Assembly (NCBI GenBank): GCA_004431415.1 | Contig: QPMI01000534.1 | Location: forward strand, 62,001 to 126,000 | Source of the DNA: Cyanophora paradoxa CCMP329 | Lineage: Eukaryota; Plantae; Glaucophyta | DNA length: 64,000 bases | Reading direction: 5' to 3' | Shown: positions 57,284 through 64,000 of the stretch, in pieces | How the letters are laid out: every line of letters starts with the position of its first letter | How positions within the stretch are numbered: the first letter of the stretch is position 1 | Translations under genes and position numbers: made by a program | The notes under the pieces: model-generated | Told to the model about the DNA's origin: nothing | The model's input: the letters and a program-made list of their open reading frames with translations, nothing else | Databases searched by the model: none

Positions 57284-59518
57284 ATGGCGCGTCTTTACGA
57301 TCGCGACCGCGCGCGGCCGGCCGACGAACTCGGAATATTGCTGATCGCAAAAACTCGCAGGATGCGGAGCAGCCTGCTGCAGCTGTGATTCTTGCGTCAA
57401 CGGGCAACGAAAATGCCGAGGCCACCAAAGATATCGATATCAATGTCGTACCGGACACGATTATGAGCGAATTCTTCAACATGGCAGGCCTGCAGGCGAG
57501 CTGGCCTCTCCGCCGCGTGTGCAGGTCAGCCTGCACAAAATAACTCCGAATGCGAACTGATATATAAACCTTCGCAGGCGTTGGCGGCGAGTGATTGAAG
57601 AGACAGTATGGGCAAAGTTTGACTTGACGGTCAAGGGATGCATGACATCAGCGGATCTCGACGTTAATTATAACGCTGGATATCCTCACGACGCGCCCCT
57701 TTATGGCTACAATCACATATCGGCGCTTCTCGAGCGAGGGGTTCTGCGGTTCCGTGGCGGCGCAAGCGTCGCGATCCGACTGCGACTCGCGGACTGCCCA
57801 GCACTCAACACGTCGGCGCGCGCATCGGCCGTCAATCGAATTCACCTTCGCGCATTTGATTATTCAGCTTTCAAGCTACTCCCGGCCGTCGTCGACGTCT
57901 TCAGCCGAACTGGGTCAGAGAAGCCGCGGCAGGCGACCGTCGAGGTCATCCTCAGCGACGGCGACGATGCTGCTGGCCGGCTTCAGGACAGCTTCCTTTT
58001 CGGAGCACTGGAAGCGCTGCACTCTTCGATGGCGAACGCGCACCCCGCTGTCAGTTGCAGCTGCCTGGAAAGCGTCAGCGTCGGCATCACCAGCACACCC
58101 CGCGAATCCGATCGCAAGCGCCTCTTAACGGTGTGGGGCCCGGAAGATCGCAGCGCGTTGCGGGAGGTCATGCGCCCCTTCAGCGGCCTGCGGTCCCTCA
58201 ACCTCTCCTCTCCATTCTTCGAAGGGCTCAATCGAGAGGGCGCCGCCATTATCGCCGAGGCCTGCCCGAACGTGAGCACCCTCCACCTCACGGCCGATTT
58301 CCAAGTCATTTCGGGGGTGCTGTCGGCCCTCGCGTCTCTGCCGAACCTCCAGCACCTTTCCGCGTCGGACGCGAACCCGAAAACAGTCACCGTCAGCTTT
58401 GCTAACGGCCTGGAGGCCCTCGCCGATGGTGCCGCGGGCCGGACGCTTCGCAGCATCGGTTTCTTTGGCGAGCAGGGGCTGTTCAAGTGCGCACTCGGAT
58501 CTCGATGGCCTAGATTATAGGCAAGCTTTATGATAATGACGGCCCCAAACGCACAGGCCAGGCGAGTTCCCAATTCGTTCAATAGCCACCACGCTCCCGA
58601 ATTTTCCTTGGGGAGAGTTCGAAACAACCGTTCGCGCGCTCAGCCGCATGCCTAACCTCGAGTCGATTCAACCGTTTCTGGTTCGTATCTTTAAGCGCCA
58701 AAATCAATTTCAGCGTATATATCTTCAAATCGCACAATGAATTAATATTTTGTCGTATCTCAAGCTTCAGGCTCATCGAACTTGCAGGTCGACTCGGACA
58801 TATGCATGGCCATGGCGCAGGAGCGCATCACGTCTCTCGGCCGCATCGCGGGCCTCCGCGAGGCGTCTGTGGCCTTCATCGACATGGTCGACGCGGGTAA
58901 GACTTCCGAGGCCCTGCGCGCCCTGGCAGAGGCGCTCTCCCGCCTTCCCCGCCTTGAAAAGCTCACGCTGGACTTCTCCAGTGAGCCCTCCCGCTCTGGG
59001 ATCCAAATCTTTGAAGTTTCCGGTTCGATTTGCGTACGCTGATCAATTCAATTTGGTGTTCAGTGAACTACGCATGCGGGGACGCTGATGTCGATTATGC
59101 GTCTCTGCTGGAGAGCCCCGGGGTCCGCCGGCGCCTCGCATCCCTGCGCATGGCCCTCCGCAGCGAGGCCGACGCACTGGCGGTCCTCGGGCTCCCCGCC
59201 CTCCGCCACCTCCGCGTCTCCACCGGCCTCGGGTCGCTCCGCCCCCTCGAGGTTTCCAAGGACGCTGCAGCGCAGCCAGGCTCGATCGCGAATCTGCATT
59301 AACCGCCCCCCGTGCAGGTCCTGCGCGGGCTCCGACCGGACGTCGAGCTCGAGGTGCGCGTCGACTACGCGTGGGACCGGGAGCCGCGCCTCGTCGCGGA
59401 GGCCGAGGCCGCCGTCCGGGGCATGTTCGAGGCTGCGGTGCGCCTCCCGATCGCCATCGATATCGCGATCGCGACCGGGCCGCCTCGGGCTCGGGCTCCC
59501 GTTCCCCCTCGATGTTAA
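57284..59518 (+). CDS. F-box / RNI-like LRR protein
   Basis: INVVPDTIMSEFF...LRRVCR|RWRRVIE F-box; LRR-like segments FSGLRSLNLS, ACPNVSTLHL, LPNLQHLS, LPRLEKLTL, LPALRHLRV. Start approximate. Confidence 0.8.
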
Positions 59519-60286
59519 TGCAAGATAGATCTAGATTGATGCGGAAGCTTTAAGTGCCACCAATATAGCTACTAAATTGTTCACACATCTAACTGTTAAT
59601 TGAATCGATGTCCAGGGGCTGCGCGCGCTCTCGCTCTCGATGGCGCGGGGCGCGGAGCCGCCGCCGCCGCGGCCGAGGACCCCCACGGAGGAGGAGCGGG
59701 AGCGGGCCTGGCAGGCCCTCCTCGCTATCTAAATTTGGCCCCGTGTCACTCGCATGTAACGTAAGAGCACATGTCGAAATAAAATCCCGAAGACGTTAAC
59801 AGCCCGGCTTTCATTTCGTCTTGTTCTTCGTCGTGTGAATTCGAGGGTATTGATATCGCCCTGGCACAAGCTGTGTGAGAAACGTATACACTGTGTGACG
59901 AATTTGTATCTTCAAGGCCTGCGTAACTGAACATATGTGAGGCTCAAATCTAGAGATTGCGCTAACTTGAACTGCAAAGTAAATTTGACGCCTCTGCTAC
60001 TAGTAGTCACTGAGTAGTACTGTGAAACGGGATAATTGCATTGATGAACCCGAAATGAAGGCTTAAGCTTGAGCTCAGTTTCTTCAAAGAATCGGACGGA
60101 AACCTAACCTTTATCCGGATCCGGGGCTACCAATATAAACTACAAATACGACATAAGCTACCAATTGCAAGATCCCCGGGTTTTGACATAAGCTACCAAT
60201 ATGCACAAATATCTGCAGACTGGATCACTGGAATTTATTCCGAGGTTCTCCGATCGGCCGCGCTCGCCCCGGCCCGGGCGCGGGCG

Positions 60287-63200
60287 TCACTTCTCCGGGG
60301 AGAGGACGGGCTCGTAGGCGTCGGGGCTGCGGGCGGCGGCGCGGGCGCGGGCGAGCAGAAGGCCCGTCGCCACGTCCCCGGGGTGCGCCCGCACCGCCGC
60401 CTGCGGTCGCGAAAATGGATTAATCATAACAGAAATATTGTTTCCAGGGCGCGAAATTGATAACGGTCTGACAGATCGATATCTAGATATCGGATATATG
60501 TTATAGAAAGTTTAGAGCGCGCACGAAACTGTGATAAGGCTAAGATCTGAGAAGCTTGTGATACTTGAAGCGAAGGCTCGAAGAGGGGCGGGGCGGGGGG
60601 CGGGGACGGGCCTGGGCGAGGCGGGCGGGCTTTGCTATCTTGTACTTCCTCGCGTTTAGCTTACATCTATCGTCTAAAATCCTGTCCATAATTACGTTTA
60701 CAGCTTCTACTACAGGGGAGGAGGGGTGGGGACGGGCCTGGGCGAGGCGGGCGGCGCGGTGGAAGTCGCGGCGGCGGAGGGCGGCGAGGGCGCCCCCGTA
60801 GCGCGCCGCCAGGTCCTCTGCCCCGGGGCCCGGCGCCACCCCGACGGGGCCCGCCCTGCGCGTTTCCCGAGCTCGGTATCAAGTTGAATCGAACGGAACC
60901 GCAATATGTTCCGACCAATTGCAAGCTCAACTTCAAGGGCTTAGGGGAATGGGCAATAGAAAGATATCAATATTTATGCAAGAAGCGAGGGGCGAGGGGC
61001 GGGGGGCCGGGGGCGGACCCGAGCTCGCCCATGACGTCGTAGACGTCCACCGGCACCGCCTTCCCCTGGCCCCGCCCGCCGACGATCAGCCGCTGTATGG
61101 GGCGTTGGGTACGCCCCCGCGGTCATCGATCTGTAATTCTCGGCGTTCCATATACGAACTTCGGAAGCCGGATTGATTATAAATAATAATGCGCTGATTA
61201 AGCATTGTAATTACGCGGGGGCGCGCGGGCCTTGAGGCGGACGGTGTCGAGGAGGCGGGCGAGGAAGGCGGGCCCCGCCCGCGCCACCGCCTCCCCGGAG
61301 GCCAGCACCGCCGTCCCGTACCGCCGGTTCAGGCCTGGGGGAGGGGGGGGGGTGTTGAGCCCCATGTCCGAGTGCCAAGGCCGAGGGGGAAGGGATGCGT
61401 GATTTATAATCGAGCTCGAGTTCCAAATTAAAGCGTGAGCGGGGTCGGGGCCGGGGCGGACTCTCGAGGCGGGAGGCGACGTTGGGGACGTCCCCGATCA
61501 CCGTGTACGAGAGCCGCGCCGCCGTCCCCACCTGCGCGCGGGGCGTGTGGCGGAGTCCATGGCCAGTCTGGGGCAAAGGGCGCGAGCAACTTGGAGTCGG
61601 GCTGGGGAACCGGGCGCACGGTTCCGACCATGGCGGTGCCGGAGTGGATGCCGAAGCGGGCGCCGAGGGGCGGCAGGCCCACCGCCCGCAGCCGCGGGCC
61701 CAGCTCCTGCGCCCGCCCGATCGAGAATCCTCAGATCGGATGCGAACAGCGTGATGCATTATGGCGGATGAATAGGTCAGACATCGTGATGTAGAACTAG
61801 AATTAATTAATGATTTGGGGCCCGGTACAATTTAATTCAAAGACGTGTCACGGATTCCGACGTGCATCTACCGGGGGCGCACGGCGATGGCGCGGGAGGC
61901 GGCGAGGGCGGCGCGCAGGGCCGCCGCCGGGTGCTCCGCCAGCGGCGCCGGCCTGCCCCCATCCGATCGATCCCGACCGATCGCTCGAGATCGACGGAGA
62001 GGGACGGGGGCGGGGGCGGGGTCCGCGCCTGTTCCAGAGGGCCATCACCGCGTCCCCACGTACCTGCCCGGGTTGTATAGGGGCGGGGGGGAAGGGGGAG
62101 GAGGGGGGAGGGGGAGGAGGGGGGGAGGGGAGGAGGGGGGAGGGGGGAGGGGGGAGGGGGAGGGGAGGGGGGATGGGGGAGGAGTGGGAGGGGGAGGAGG
62201 GGGGATGGGGAGGAGTGGGAGCGCGCAGGTCTCCGGCCAGTGGATAGATAGCCTTAGGTGGCTTATAATTAGGCGGGGCGGGGGCGGGGCGGGGGCGGGG
62301 CGGGCTTGTCGACGGTGCCGCCCGTCGCAGAGACGGCGTCCGTCACGACCCCCATGAACTCCTGCGGTAATGCTCAGACGGTAATGCTGCGGGTGGGGGG
62401 TGGGGGGGCATGTCCTGCTGGGCTAGGTTAGGCTTAGGCTAGGCTAGGTTAGGTGGGGGGCGGGCGGGCGGGCGGGGGCGCGCGTGGAGCATGTAGACGA
62501 GTTGGGAGGGGCCCAGCTGCTCCGTCTGCGGGCGGGGTGCGGGGGGCGGGGGGCGGGGCCCACGCGTGAGGCGGGCCGCGATCGAGATCTGGCTCCGAGG
62601 CCTCGAGCTCGAGCTGGATCTTTCGCGCCGGATGGGCGACGCACGAGGGTCGTGAATCCTGCGAGAATTCGCATTTGTGTTTAGATGACCGGCTCGAGGA
62701 GGGCACGCATATATAAATATAACGGGGAATCTAAGAATATGGGGCTCTAGCCCTCTGCAGCAGACATGCTATGTGCACCTGCAATGTCGGCGAACATAAC
62801 TGCGAAAGTCGAAGAGAAACGTCACGAAGGTTTAATCACGCCGGCGATCGCGACCGGGGCGGCCCGGAAGCAGCGAGGGCACCGGAGACGTCGTTGGCCT
62901 CGAGGTCGACGGAGGGGTTCCCGTCCCCGCCCAGCAGCCCCTCCACCACCTGCGCCCACCGGCAGCGTCAGGGACAGGGGCGGGCGCGGCAGGCGCGGGG
63001 GCGGGGGCGGGGGCGCGCGCCTCGCCGGGGACGTAGCGCTTGATGGAGCGGAGGCCTGCGAGACGCCGCGAAAATCTCAACATCATTACGTAGACGGCGT
63101 CAACGGCGCGAAATCGGGTCCGGCGGCCGCGTACCGGCTTCGAGGGCGAGGCAGGCCTCATGGCACAGAAAGACCTGCGGCGCTCCACGAGCTCGAATCT

Positions 63201-64000
63201 TGAACTTGGCCTCAGGGCCTAAGCTTTATTTCATGACCATAGAAGCTAAGCTTAATAAACTCAGATATTTAATTTATCCTCTTCGTTCGAGATCTAGAGG
63301 GGGTGCGGGGTCGCGGCGCTCGCGGCCGCGGGCCTCTGAGATGCGGAGGCCGGCGGATTGGAAGGCCGCTCGCAGGGCCGCCCGGCAGCCGCGAACGCTC
63401 CAGTCGGGCCTGCGCCATGCGCGCGTACTGAAATTACAGGCGAGCTGGAGAGATCGCGTTTGAGAAAGCTATATCGTCAGTGCGGGTGATCGGGAAAGGG
63501 AGGGGGCCCGGCCCACCCGCCGTGGCGATCGCCGAAGGCGGCGGCGGTGCAGCCGGCGCAGCCCTCGTGGTCCGCGTCGCCGCAGGGGCGCGAGAGGCTC
63601 CCGCTGATGACCGTCACCCGCTCGCCGGACCCGGCCCCGGAACCAACCTCGGTCCCCGGCGGCGCTGCCGCGGCGCCGGCGCCGCCGCCAGCGCCAGCGC
63701 CGGCGACCTCGTCCGCCGGCAGGGTCGAGGAGCCGGTCGAGGCGGCGATGGGGTGCTGGTAGGGCGGCGCGGCGAAGGGCAGCGTGGAGGCCGGGGGCGG
63801 CAGCGCCGAGTCGCCCTCAACGAGGGTCTCCGGCAGGAGCGCCGGGGCCGAGGCGCGCCGCCGGAGCGAGAAGAGCGCCGCCGCCGCGCTGCTCGCGGGG
63901 CCGGCGCCTTCGCCTCCACCCCGCCCGACCCGAGCTCCGGGCGGAGGCGGAGGAGTGGGCGTGGCGGGCGATCCAGTCACGCACGGAGCTGCGGCGGCGG
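60287..64000 (-). CDS. Class III adenylate cyclase, C-terminal part (5' end outside window)
   Basis: VMFADIA|GFTTL, GGTVDK|YVGDAVMALWN, ARFGIHSG, LSYTVIGDVPNVASRLE, VRLK|GKAVPVDVY, then a TPR-like helical tail. One G-run frameshift near 62056. Confidence 0.9.

Noticed and set aside
59556-60205. GCTACCAAT / GACATAAGCTACCAAT repeats as a MITE
   Set aside because: Short direct repeats only; no TIR or TSD identified.
62080-62220. G-rich purine tract as a regulatory G-quadruplex
   Set aside because: It is the antisense of a C-rich intron like many others here; nothing indicates a specific function.
62424-62455. Telomere-like TTAGG/CTAGG repeats
   Set aside because: Short, degenerate and inside an intron.

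Overview
GC-rich, intron-dense eukaryotic DNA with short GT/GC-AG introns and a G(T/C)SCGC donor consensus. Composition, intron style and a Phe-containing transit-peptide-like N-terminus suggest a glaucophyte such as Cyanophora; this is inference, not verified. The ORF track is mostly GC artefact, so genes were rebuilt by hand across introns and some starts and ends are approximate. The left ~29 kb is duplication-rich: F-box/LRR genes, a ~3.99-kb tandem duplication carrying an LRR-BTB gene, three non-LTR retro-insertions with target-site duplications (one a tRNA-headed SINE nested in a LINE fragment), and a head-to-head pair of NLR-like DUF4062(TIR-like)-NTPase-TPR genes. In that pair each TPR is one phase-0 exon, and the N-terminal domains are divergent while the rest is near-identical. 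The right ~35 kb is a compact run of ordinary genes: class I glycerate kinase, SKICH-like protein, COX23/CHCHD7, flavin reductase-like protein, PLPBP/YggS, POT transporter, NAPE-PLD, CCCH-VWA protein, MARCH6/Doa10-like E3, F-box protein and a class III adenylate cyclase. The most striking signal comes from comparing duplicated copies: recurrent 6-bp indels of the exact form XYZ versus XYZ-revcomp(XYZ)-XYZ (micro inverted triplication), which would explain the chains of hexamer palindromes that fill the intergenic DNA.
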